Shown here in pieces: positions 36,510-48,375 of a DNA stretch of 64,000 bases. The notes under the pieces were generated by a model, which did no database searches, was not told where the DNA came from, and was given only the letters and a program-made list of their open reading frames with translations. Position numbers and translations under genes: made by a program. Source of the DNA: Glaucostegus cemiculus (lineage: Eukaryota); contig CDPCPM010000180.1 of NCBI GenBank assembly GCA_976551045.1, positions 25,048,001 to 25,112,000 on the forward strand, read 5' to 3'. Position 1 is the first letter of the stretch. Every line of letters begins with the position of its first letter.

Positions 36510-38545
36510 GGGAGGATAAGGTAACCGTGGCTGACAAGGGAAGTCAAAGACAGCATAAAACAAAAGAGAGTGCATACAATACTGCAAAAACTAGCAAGAA
36601 GCCAGAGGATTGGGAAGTTTCTAAGAAACTAACAGAAAGCAACTAAAAAAGCAGTAAGGGGAGGAAAGATGAAGTATGATGGTAAGCTAGCTAATAATAT
36701 AAAGGAGGATATCAAAACATTTTTCAGACATATAAAAAGTAAAAGAGAGGTATGAGTGGACATTGGATCGCTGGAAAATGATGCTGGAGAAGTAGTAATG
36801 GGGAACAGAGAAATGACGGACAGACTGAATAAGCATTTTGTCTCAGTCTTCACTGTGGAAGACACCAGCAACATGCCAGAAATTCGAGAGAGTTGAAGGG
36901 CAGAAGTGAATGTAGTTGCTGTTACTAAGGAGAAGGTGTTTGAGAAGCTGAAAGGTCTGAAGGTGGATAAGTCACCTGGACTGGATGGACTGAACCCCAG
37001 CGTTCTGAAAGAGGTAGCCGAAGAGATTGTGGAGGCATTAGTAGTGATCTTTCAAGAATCACTAGAATCAGGAATGGTACCAGAGGACTGGAAAATTGCT
37101 AATGTCCCTCCACTCTTTAAGAAGGGAGGGAGGTAAAAGACAGGAAATTATAGGCTGGTTAGTCTGACTTCAGTGGTTGGTAATATTTTAAAGTCCATTA
37201 TTAAGGATGAGGTTTTGGGGTACTTGGAAGCACATGATAAAATAGGCTGAAGTTGGCATGGTTTCCTTAAGGTGAGATCTTGCCTGACAAATCTTTTGGA
37301 ATTCTTTGAGGAAATAGCCATCAGAATAGGCATCAGAGAGTCAGTGGATGTTTTTTACTTGGATTTTCAGAAGGGTTTTGACCAGCTGCTGCACATGAAG
37401 CTGCTAAACAAGATAGGAGCCCGTACAATTACAGGAAAGGTTCTAGCATGGATAGAAGATTGGCTAACTGGCAGAGGGCAAAGAGTGGGTATAAAGGGGG
37501 CCTCTTCTGGTAGGCTGCCAGTGACTTGTGGTGTTCCCCAGGGGTTGGTATTGGGTTCGCTACTTTTCACATTATATGATCTGAATGACAGAATTGATGA
37601 CTTTGTGGCCAAGTTTGTGGATGATACAAAGATAGGTGGAAGGGCAGGTAGTGTTGAGGAAGCTGGGAGTCTGCAGAAGGACTTGGACAGGTTGGGAGAA
37701 TAGGCAGAGAAGTGGCAGATGGAATACAGTGTAGGGAAGTGTATGGTCATGCTCTTTGGTAGAAGGAATAAAGGCGTAGACTATCTTCTAAATGGGGAGA
37801 GAATTCAGAAATCAGAGGTGCAAAGGGACTTGGATATCCCAGTGCAGGATTCCCTAAAGGTTAACTTGCAGGTTGAATTGGTAGTAAGGAAGGCAAATGC
37901 AATGTTAGCATTTACATTGAGAGGACTAGAATATAAAAGCAAGGGTGTAATACTGAGGCTTTATAAGATGTTGATCAGACCACATTTGGACTATTGTGAG
38001 CAGTTTTGGGCTCTATATCTATGGAACGATGTACTTGTGTTGTAGAGGGTCCAGAGGAGATTTATGAGAGTGATCCCAGGGTTGAAAGGGTTAACATATG
38101 AGGAGTGTTTGATGGCTCTCAGCCTGTTTTCGCTGGAGTTTAGAAGGATGAGGGGGGAGCTCATTGAAACCTACCAAATATTGAAAGGCCTGGGTAGAGT
38201 GGATGTGGAGAGGATGTTTTCAGTAGTGAGAGAGTCCAGGGTCAGAGGGCACAGCCTCAGAATAAAAGGATGTACCTCTAGAACAGAGATGAGGAGGAAT
38301 TTCTTTAGCCAGAGGGTGGTGAATCTGTGGAATTCATTGCCACAGACAGCTGTGGAGGCCAAGTCATTGGGTATATTTAAAGCTGAGGTTGATAAGTTCT
38401 TGATTAGTAAGGGTGTCAAAGGTTATGGGGAGAAGGCAGGAGAATGGGGTTGAGAGGGAAAAATAAATCAGCCATGATCGAATAGCAGAGCAGACTCGAT
38501 GGGTCAAATGGCCTAATTCTGCTCCTATATCTTATGGTCTTATCT
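36510..38545 (+). mobile_element. CR1 LINE, about 2 kb, pseudogenised ORF2 reverse transcriptase
   Basis: Ordered motifs KSPGLDG, PEDWKIANVPPLFKKG, NYRLVSLTS, YLDFQKGFD, GVPQGLVLG, KFVDDTKIGG, RPHLDYCEQFW and FFSQRVVNLWNSLP, with in-frame stops. Tail aattctgctcctatatcttatggtctta. Confidence 0.95.
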
Positions 38546-39559
38546 GGAGATAATTACATTCTAATTGTGCACCCGGTAACAGGCTTTAGATGGAATATTT
38601 ACAAGTGGTATTTTCTTTCTTTGTACATTTATATTTACTTTGTAACCACATTCCACCACAGTTATCCATTTCTGCTGGAATCAATATCTGGAATCAATAC
38701 AGCCTCTGGGGGGACAAATTCCCTGTGGCAAGTCTTCATGGAAGATGATGAATATAACCTTTAGGTTATCTAACCTTCACTCTCCTTACTGTTCTCTCAG
38801 AAGACAGATGGGGCTAGGGCATTTTGGCCACCTTGTCAAGCATCTGTCAGGGGAATAAATGGACTAATTATGTCCTCATATCTTGGCACTTGCAGTTTTT
38901 TCTTTCTTCAAGTCTAAGCTCCAAGGTCATTTAGTCAATTTGGACAATGAAATCCATAGATTTAAAAACCACAAGTTTGAAGATATATGCAATTCTTTTT
39001 CAGAACTATGCTTGCCAGAACAAGTAATAAGGATGGAATCAGCAACAGAATGTCCTTTGTTGAAGATTGTCAACTCTTAATGAATAGCAGTGGTCGGTAA
39101 ATAAAGTCAACAGTTATACTATGGTCCTTAAGGTTACATTTACAATCACATACACCACATTAACATTACAAGAATCAAGATGCACCCCACCAGAGTTTAA
39201 AAGCAAAGTTAAAAATCCAGTTTCTCTGTGTGTGGCTTATTACCTCATTATCATGTTTACTTGATCTACTGAAAAATCACTGTTTCATTATTTTAAATAT
39301 TGAATCATGCCTTTCATGCTTATTAACCTCTTTGTTTCATTTGGCTGATTTTTAATTACTCATAAAGATGAAGAATGTAACACGTAAACTAGAAATGTTG
39401 ATTTTACTTTGAAAGTCTCTTCTTTTTCTCCACCTTTATCCATCACATTTAGAAGATTCACCTTCAGAGAAATTGCTGTTTGTGCAAAGATGATTCACCT
39501 GAATTTGGCTCTCCGTGAATAACTTTCCTTTTTTAAACATTCCCTCAAAGAGTGAGAGA

Positions 39560-39905
39560 CACACCAATACTAATACCAACAGGGAGGAATTATCTGGTGC
39601 GAGAGTGAGGGACAAGGAGACAGAGCTCCAACATAAGGGGTTGGTCATTTAAAACTGAGGTGCATAGAAATTTCTTCCCTCAGAGGGCAGTGAATCACTG
39701 GAATTCTTTGCCCCTTAGGGTGGTGGAGGCCAGGTCATTAGATACATTTAAGGTTGTGAGGGATAAATATTTGACAGATTGAGGAATTGAGCATAATAGG
39801 GAACTGGCACAGAAGAGTTGAGGCCAGCATAGGTCAGCCATGATCATACTGAATGGCAGAGCAGGCTTGAGGGGCCAGGTGGCCTAATCCTGCTCCTGTG
39901 CTCTT
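39560..39905 (+). mobile_element. CR1 LINE 3' fragment
   Basis: aaatttcttccctcagagggcagtgaatcactggaattctttgcc..cagccatgatcatactgaatggcagagcaggcttgagggg. Confidence 0.85.
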
Positions 39906-40614
39906 AATTAATCAATTTTGCAACATAATAAAAATTTCACTTCCGACAAATACCAAAGCAGTCCAAGCAAAAATGCAAGCAATTGCAAAACACAAACATG
40001 TTGGAATATAGGATCCAGTGAATATATATTACTGAAAGCACACTAATTGCAAACAAAATGTGATACTGAGGATAAATATTGGCCAGAATGCCAAATTTTG
40101 AAGAAATTTGAAAAAAACAGGATGAACTCTCCTGGTCCTTTTCAAATTATTCTATGAGAACTTTTACCTCAAACTGAGAGAGGCTGAGATTAGCATTTTT
40201 ATCTTAAACATTGTGCCTCCAGGTTTTAATCACTAAGTGCTATCCTATATTCGCTGAACTGAGATTTGAACTCATAACCTACTGACTCGCAGAGAAAAGT
40301 CAGTCACTAGGAGCATCTAGGTGGAGATAATTCTTAAGAACTGGAAAAGGGAGGAAAAATCTCAGCTACCAAGATGTCATCTGTAACTAGAGTGGAAGTT
40401 TGACTGGAGAGAGTCAAACTTAAATTTTGGGAAAGGCAGACATGAATTTATGAGACAACATATTCAGGACAGTTGGATTTGTGGCAGAGGTGATATGTGA
40501 AGAAGCTCATTTTGAAATAGAAAGAGGGTACTAATAATTGAGATGGAACAAGTTAATGACATCAGTTAACCTTAGGTCTGCAACAGAAGTTAGATGATCA
40601 AATAATAGAACTAT

Positions 40615-40835
40615 TAATAGAGTCATAGAGTAGCAAAGGTGGAAAAAGGCACTTTGGCCCAATTTGTCCATGCCAACCAAGATACCCATCTAAGCTAGTC
40701 CCATTTGCTCACATTTGGCCTATATCTCTCTAAACCTTTCCTATCAATGTACCTGTCCATGTGTCTTTTAAATATTGTTATTGTACCTGCCTCAACCACT
40801 TCCTCTGGCAATTCGTTCAATATATGCACCATCCA
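40615..40835 (-). mobile_element. CR1 LINE 3' fragment
   Basis: atagagtcatagag..ttggcccaatttgtccatgccaacc..tgtacctgcctcaaccacttcctctggca. Confidence 0.85.
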
Positions 40836-43739
40836 CTTAATGATGAATATGTTTGCTTTTCTCCTTTGGAACTGTGACTACAGTTTAAAGCACTCCAGTG
40901 ACTGTAAAATTCTCTAATGCCCTGAGGTTATGAAATATGCTATGAAAATGCATGTCTTCCTCTGTGATTCAAGAGATTCCTTTGTTATTGTATGCTAAGA
41001 CCCAGTTTGATTCCTCAACAATGTATGTAGCTTTCAGGCAGCGTATGTGTACAGTTGTCCTCACTGGCTCGTTACTCATCAGTCACAGCATTTATTTGAA
41101 TATATCAGATTATGTTCAGTGACCTTGACTGCAAAGTGATTACATTTGTGGAACTGAAGCAAGTGAATTTGAGCAAAATGTAACACTGGGGTTCAAATGC
41201 AAAACATCTGGCAAGAGTATTAGCCCTCAACATCTAGAGCTATTGATCTGGCTAGGAGAATATTAACAGTGTGCTTATGTGCAAGGTGGACCATCTTAGA
41301 ATGCTTCCACTGCAGTTTAGGAATGCTGCGTTTTGTGGCTACAAGTGATCATGGTTTATTCTCAGCCTGAACATGTTCCATCATGTAAAAATGCATTACT
41401 ATTGCCAATCTCCTTGTGTTATCAACATCATCTCTGTCCTTTACGTGTTAGAGTCATTCATTGACTGATATAAGTAAACTTTAAGTCAGTCTCCATTCAA
41501 TGAAATAAAATCCACTTAAACCAAACTTTGTCCTTTTCAGCTGAGCCAAAAAGATATGGAAGTAAGTCATAGATTTGAGGGTAATTATCTCTCAGTCCTG
41601 CTTCCAAATAGTACAAGCATTTTCCTGCTTTCCCTTTCTGCACCTGAACTTCCTCCATTGTTTTCCTGCACTTCCAGGGATTACACCAATGTAAATTGTA
41701 CGTAAATAGAATTACACATAAATGATAACTCCATATAAACCTTGCAGTCCTTATCTCTGGGTGCTTTAGAGCCCGAGGAAATAATGTCAAGAAAGGACTT
41801 TTGCCTGGGAGTTCATTGGTACTTTGTAATAGCTTGTTAACTGGTGGCTGTTTTGGTTATGGGAATAGGGTGTCAGGTGCCACTGCATCAGCCTTCCACA
41901 TGGGAAGGCCTTTCCTTTATACACTGTGTCAGTGCACAAAGGAAAACCATTGCATTCAGGTCTGAGTCCAGAGAGTTGCAGGAGGGATGGTTGTCGATGG
42001 GTTGTGCAGAGATGGGTGAGTGGTTTGTAGGGAGAATCATGAATCAAGTGTGGGAATGCTAAGGCAAAGGTGGGATGCTGGTAAATGGTGAGTTGGTGGC
42101 TTCCTATTGGCAGCTGTGGGTGGGGGTTGAGTTGGGTGATTTGTGGGGATTGGGTGATTGGTATCTGAAGGGGGAGGTTGGGTTAATGGTTGCCTGGAGG
42201 TACGGCAAAGACAGTTAGTAGCTGGAGAGGTTCAGCGGTGGGTGACTTGGGTGATGTGCAAGGAGGGTGGTTGGGTGTTGGAGGTCTGTGAGGAAGGTTG
42301 GGTAAAGGAAAGATATTGAAAGAAAAATAATGAAAACTTACCTATTAATGAATAATGAATAGTATTGATCTAGTGACGGAAGAAGCGGAGATTTTAAATT
42401 GGATCAATGTGCTCACATCCAATCACTTAAAAAGCATGAATTAACAAGGCTAAAAGAATACTGAACATTATTGCCAAATCAGCAAAGTACATGTTGGAGG
42501 CCATTTTCCTATACCTATGAAGTGCTTAGATTAGATTTCACTTTGTCCAGTTTACTTATTCTGGTCATCAAGGCAACAAGAATCAATGAGTTCTGGAAGT
42601 GATATGGAGGGGCACCAGGAGGTTGATTACTGGCAAAGGCAAGAGATGTGAGGAATATTTTCAAGGACTTGTACCCTCCAGCTTTAAAAGAAGGTGATTG
42701 AGAGAGCGACTTATTAGCATGTAAGGAATCAAATAGAATGGAAGGAACTAATTCTGATCAAGTGAATGCATGATTGCAGGAGAAGAGAAAGACATAAACA
42801 GGTAGAAGCATATCTTGGACTGGAAGAAAATTTTGTCTAGAATGGTAAGGAAAGCAAATGCTACAACCTTAGATATATTTGAAATTTGAAGGTTTCTGTG
42901 GAAGGGTAGGCTGTGTTAATTGAATGGAGTACATTTGTATTTAACTTTGTGAAAGCCAATACCAAAGTTGGCTATAAAAATGTGCATTCTTGCGCTGCGC
43001 TGCACTGCATTGTGTATTTTGCTCCATGCTTGCCTGTTTCATGGTGGGTGCCATCTGCAAAATGTTAGCAGGAGTGTAGCAGTAGCAAGCTAGATTCACG
43101 TTGGGTTCCAACGACTCATGCAGGGATATTTAAAATGACAGGCAAGGCTGGGTTCCAAACAGACCTCAGTAAACAGAAACCTACTAAGAGAATAATCTAA
43201 CATTTGTAGGATTCAGCTACATTTTCTTCCAAAAAGCTCTGGTATCATCCTATGGTATTGTTATTATGGAGAACAGATCCTAAAAGGGTTGAATAATGCT
43301 TTAGATCAGGGAAGGTGAAGAAAGTTCAAATTAAATAAGGAAGAATTGTGTACAGTTTTGATTAAAAATCTGTTTCTTGTGATATGTTTGACAGCCTCCC
43401 GATATCAAAGATCTCAATAGCATTATTTTTTTTCAAGAAAGAATTTAAACAAATTCAATTTTCTACAATTACCCTTTTCAGTTTTACCATCTTTAGTCTC
43501 TATACATAACATACAATATTTTATATGTTTTCCTCAGTCTTATAATATTAAACTGGAAGTTTGCTGCAGGCAATGTTGCAGATGAACTAATTTACATTTT
43601 CTTCTTTTTGGGTTTCATTTATATTGGCTTTCATTCCATGCATGTCTTAATAAGTAAAAAATTAAAAATATGAATCAAAGTCTAAATTATAGGCATGCTG
43701 AACTAGCATCATTTATCTTTGAAATTGGATTTAGAATTA

Positions 43740-44280
43740 GAAATACAGTAACTTAGGGAGAAGAATAGACAATTTAACTCTTTGAATCTCCTCCATCATT
43801 CAATAAGGTCACGGCTGATCTGTGACCTAACTCAATATACCCAAATTCAATCCATATTTCTGCAAATCTATTAATCTCTGATTTAAAATTAATTATTGAC
43901 CAACAGTGATTGTCTCTTGCAGTGGACATTTACCTGTCTTTTCTTGCAGAAGTGTTTCTTTATCTGAACTGCCTGGCTCTGTATTTTGGTCAAAGACCCC
44001 AGTGCAAGACATTGTAGCAAACAACTTTTTCCCTGTAACTTCTCCTAAATAGTCTGAAAACCTTGATTAATTCACACTTTAAGCTTCTAACTTTCAGGAA
44101 ATGCAACCATGATCTCTAGTCATAATAAAAAGACTCTTGGATCCTAGGTATCGACTCGATGGGCCAAATGGCCGACTTCTGCTCCTTTGTCTTATTGTAT
44201 TACTTTGAGGTAAATCTACACTGCACGGTCTACATGATCGATATGTCTTTCCTAAACTTCTAGTGCCCTGAATTGTCCCT
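43740..44280 (-). mobile_element. Old CR1 LINE fragment containing a short + strand CR1 tail (about 44150-44195)
   Basis: ccatcattcaataaggtcacggctgatc (reverse 3' UTR), with the insert gactcgatgggccaaatggccgacttctgctcctttgtctt. Confidence 0.65.
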
Positions 44281-44285
44281 ATTAT

Positions 44286-46260
44286 TGATGATGGTGTCCA
44301 CCATATGAGTGCCAAAGACAAGGCTGAGATATTTCCAAACAGTTTTGGACACAAGTGGCTGATCCCTCTCAGCTCCCTCCTGAGATACCCTCCATCACAG
44401 AAGCCAACCTTTATCCAATTACACTTGATACCAAGAAGCAGCAGAAAGCACCAAGTATAGCAAAGACTTTGGAAGCAGATGAAATACCTGCTGTGGTGCT
44501 CCAGAAGTAGCTATACATTGAGCCAAACTGTTCCAATAAAGCTACACCACAGATATCTACCCTAAAATGTGGAAACTTCCTCAATTTTGTTCACAAAAGA
44601 CACATCAAATCAATCTAGCCAATTATTGTTTCATGAATTTATCAGTTATCAACAATGTGATGGAAGGTGTCATCAACAGCGCCAGAAAGTAACGCTTACT
44701 CACTGATAGCCTGCACACCAACGCTCTCTTTGAATTTTATGAGAACCATTAGGGTATAGACCTCTTTAAAACATGATCTAAATAGCTAAATTCCAGTGGC
44801 AAGGTGAGAAGTATTGCATTCGACAAAAGGACAGAATTATACTGAGTATAAAGGAGTCCTGGTAGAACAAAATGGGAATGGGGGAAAGTACACTATTTAC
44901 TGGAGTCACATCTAACACAAAGGAAGATGGCTGTGGTTGTTAGGAGCAAATTCCCTCCAACCTAAGACATCACTGCAGGAGTTCCTAGGCCCAACCATTT
45001 TTAGTTGCTTTATCAATCATATCCTTTCCATAATAAGTGAGGATGGTCACCAATGACTACACAATGTCCAATTCCATTTGCAACTCCCTTGATAAGGAAA
45101 CAACCCATGCCTGCATGTAACAGGACCTTGACAACCCCTGTGCACAAATTAATAATTTGAAACAAATATTCATGCCATAAAGGTATCAAGAAATGACCAT
45201 TTCTACCAGAGAGTTTAATAGCCTACTCTTGCCAATCAGTGGCATTACCATCAGCACCAAAGACTTATAGACTGGTCACATTAATACCATATCTGCAAAT
45301 GCAGGTCAGAGACCAGATATTCTGCTATAACTAACTCACTTCCCAACCTTTCTACCATAGATAAGGCACAAATCAGGAGAATGAAACTGTTTGGAAATAT
45401 CTCAGCCTTGTCTTTGGCACTCACATGGTGGACACCGTCATCATCTGAGGATGGCAGTGTTTTTTAGTCTCCTCTTCTTTAGCTATTTAAGCTGTCCACC
45501 ACCATTTGCATGTGATCTGAACTGTTGATGATGCTATCTCTTAGTTCTATGTGTATTTGCTGCTTTTATTGTTTAGCACACAGGTAGGTCTGTGTTGTAG
45601 CATTGTCAGTTTTGGCCATGTGCACTCTTCATTGGACCAGGGCTGAACCCCTTGCTTGATAGCAGAGTAACAGTAGAGTGAAGAATAAACTAGGGTGACA
45701 CAGTGACGCAGCTAGTGGAGCTGGTAGAGGCTCAGACCTGACCTCCGGTGCTGTCTGTGTGGAATTTGTATGCTCTCCCTTTGGCAACATGGTTTTCGCC
45801 CAGGTGCTCTGTTTTTTCCCAATATTGCAGAGGCTTACAAGTTGGAACTTAATTGACCATTGTAAATTACTGCTGGTGGGGGTTAGTTGTAGAATATGAG
45901 GTGAGCTGGTGGATATGGTGGGAGATAGGCCATAGGAAAAATTGGTGGGGAATGGGTTTGCTCTGTGAGCGGGCAAAGACATGAAGGGCTGAAATGGTTT
46001 CCTTGTATGTCATTAGGAAATACGGAAAGAGCTTGTAGACTATAGATAACAGTGGAATACAACACTGGTGTTGCTCAGCACCTCATTGGTACCCAGTCTT
46101 GAGCTCTGAGATCTTCTTCTAATCTATCCTATTCAGCATGACAATAGTGTCCCACAGCATGGTGTCTCCCAGTGTGCTGGTTGCTTATGTCACTATTGTT
46201 ATGGATGTCTGTATCTACAAGGGTAGATTGGTGGGGATCTGATCTAACAGTCCACTTCCC
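44286..46260. mobile_element. Rearranged LINE of the second CR1/L2-group family: + segment 44286-45383, - segment 45384-46260
   Basis: The + segment has RT-like motifs (aaaatgtggaaa, gtgatggaaggtgtcatcaacag, ctgcaggagttcct). Beyond 45384 the upstream part of the same family reads on the minus strand and resembles 63400-63900. Confidence 0.7.
45692..46015 (+). mobile_element. V-SINE inserted in the LINE
   Basis: gggtgacacagtgacgcagctagt..ctgtgtggaatttgtatgctctccc..gggctgaaatggtttcctt. Confidence 0.8.
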
Positions 46261-46694
46261 AAATCAAGACAAATTTGGAAAATTTTCGTTAGGGGTTTGC
46301 AAGATTTTTACCTGGTTCCTTTAAAAGCTGGAAATAGAAACAACCTGGATTTGGAAATTTATCGTCATTTAAAACCATTTTTCTGTTTACTTGTATTGTT
46401 TTGCTCACATTAATTTCCACAAGACTCCAGCATTAATTCAGAATTAATTTCTTTGGAATGTCCAACAGGTTATCCTTGTTCTCTATTGTTAGTATCGGCA
46501 GAAAGTAATTGACAATAATAAACCAATAATAATACAATAAAGTAATTATGCCAGAAAATCCAAATTTGCTTATTTTCATTTATAGTATTATTGCCAACAG
46601 CGTTCAAGGAGCATGCATTGTTCATGCCCACTCTATTTTACCTAAATAGTTATGGAAGTATTTTTCCACATACATATTCATGTTTTGTCCTACT

Positions 46695-47075
46695 TTAGGT
46701 AATTCCCACACACCTTCCCCACAATCCCGCACCCCCTCCACCCCTGCCACCATGCTGCTTCTCTTCTTCCCTTTCCTAGCCTTCTTTCCTCTCTATTCTT
46801 TTACCCATCCCTGGTGGATTTGCTCTCCCCTCCTCCCCTGCACCTGTCTATCACTATCTCTTAACTGCATCTACTTACCACCACCCTGTACCCACCCCAC
46901 CTCCCCTCTTTTGTCCACCTATCATTGCTCTGCTTTTCCCACCTATATATTGACCTTCCCCTTTTCCTATCTTGTCCTGAAGAAGGGTCCTGCCCTGAAA
47001 CGTCGACATCCTGCTTTTCTCCACGGTTGCTGCCTGGCCTGCTGAGTTCCTCCAGCATCATCGTGTTTTTCTTCA
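46695..47075 (+). mobile_element. Penelope pLTR, same subfamily as 16610-16982
   Basis: Closely similar pyrimidine-rich block and terminal cctgcttttctccacggttgctgcctggcctgctgagttcctccagcatcatcgtgttttt. Confidence 0.85.
46973..47008 (+). ncRNA. Minimal type I hammerhead ribozyme motif
   Basis: UGUC-CUGAAGA-AGGG(UCCUG)CCCU-GAAA-CGUC-GACA: helix I, full core boxes, helix II and a GUC cleavage triplet. Activity untested. Confidence 0.7.
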
Positions 47076-48249
47076 TGTTTTGTTTTCATTGCTGTGATTT
47101 AGTTTTGTTATTTTTTAAATGTTGCTTCTTGTATATCTCCCAGTTAGCAAGACCTGTACTAATTTTAGGATTTGACATCCTCAGCTATTTAGTTTGACTA
47201 TTAGCACTTGCATTGAAAGGTATAAGTTGGCTGTTTATCATGTTAAATTCTTTGTTGAATACACTTCACTGACCTGTCGTTTTACCCATAGTCTACTAAA
47301 TTATTCGAGACAAATTTTGTCTTGTTGTAGAGTTGTCAACCATAACTAAATGTAGAGGCTTTGAAAATCATTGGTGTGGTGTTTTTATGCATGATGTGAT
47401 TGAACTGCGGTATAACATTGAGCACTAAGTGCAGTCAGGTCCTCACAGTGTGAACTGTGTGCATTGTGACTTTCTGATGCACTTGTGAAGAACGCAGAGC
47501 TTGCTGCTGTGACGTCGGTCCTCCTGTAAAACACAATTGATGCCTTCACTGTGAAATTGATTCACATCAGTGCAATTAGCACACACAGGAAAGCAGGCCT
47601 GAAAAGAAGGGGAAGGTTCTGGACCTGCATTACTTAAAGTGGTCATCAATTACTGGCAGGTTGTCCGGGGAGTATGTTGGAGCTGAGCTTCTTAGAATTG
47701 GATACATGGAGCTTCGGAGCACCAGAAATGTGTGAGTTTATGAATTTTGTAGAGATGAGGTCATCTCTTTGTAACTTAATACATGAGTGCCTTAATTAGC
47801 CTTCTCACTGGTGCTTCAGCAAGACCTACAGCAGATGTGGAGGGGCCAAAGACAATGGCTCCCTTGGAGAGGATGATGGAGGAGGGGTCGAAAGCCTCTG
47901 GCCAAGTCCAACCAAGGCTAATATTTAGTTAATCAATGGGACAGAGACCATGGTGAAGAAATGGGGAGGGCAGGTAAGCAGGGCATGTTTGAACCAACTG
48001 CAGAACCAATTGTGGGATGAGGAGCAATTGGAACGTGATAGCAGAACCCCATGGCAGTCTAACCCATAACTCTGTGCACCCTCTCCTCCAAACGAGTAAG
48101 TCTGTGGCTATTGCCGGGTCTCCTCCAGGCTGCTGTTAAATACAACGTTGCTTATAAGAGTGCAGTGTATTGTGTGTGTATGATATGCTTGTCCTGGCTG
48201 AATAGCAGGGAGTTTGTGTAGGAAGTGAGTTATTGTTGTTAGGGGTTAG

Positions 48250-48375
48250 TGTACAGATGAAGGGTCTTGACCCCAAACGTCGACGCCCATTTCCCTCCAC
48301 AGGTGCTGCCTGGCCTGTTGAGTTCCACCAGCTTTGCTGCTCCAGCTTCCAGCATCTGCAGTCTCTTGTGTCACC
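48250..48375 (+). repeat. Penelope pLTR fragment with mutated hammerhead core
   Basis: cagatgaagggtcttgaccccaaacgtcgac..ccctccacaggtgctgcctggcctgttgagttccaccagc. Confidence 0.75.

Noticed and set aside
38675-38700. Short tandem duplications (ctggaatcaata x2; also 24222-24255)
   Set aside because: Ordinary slippage-type micro-duplications.
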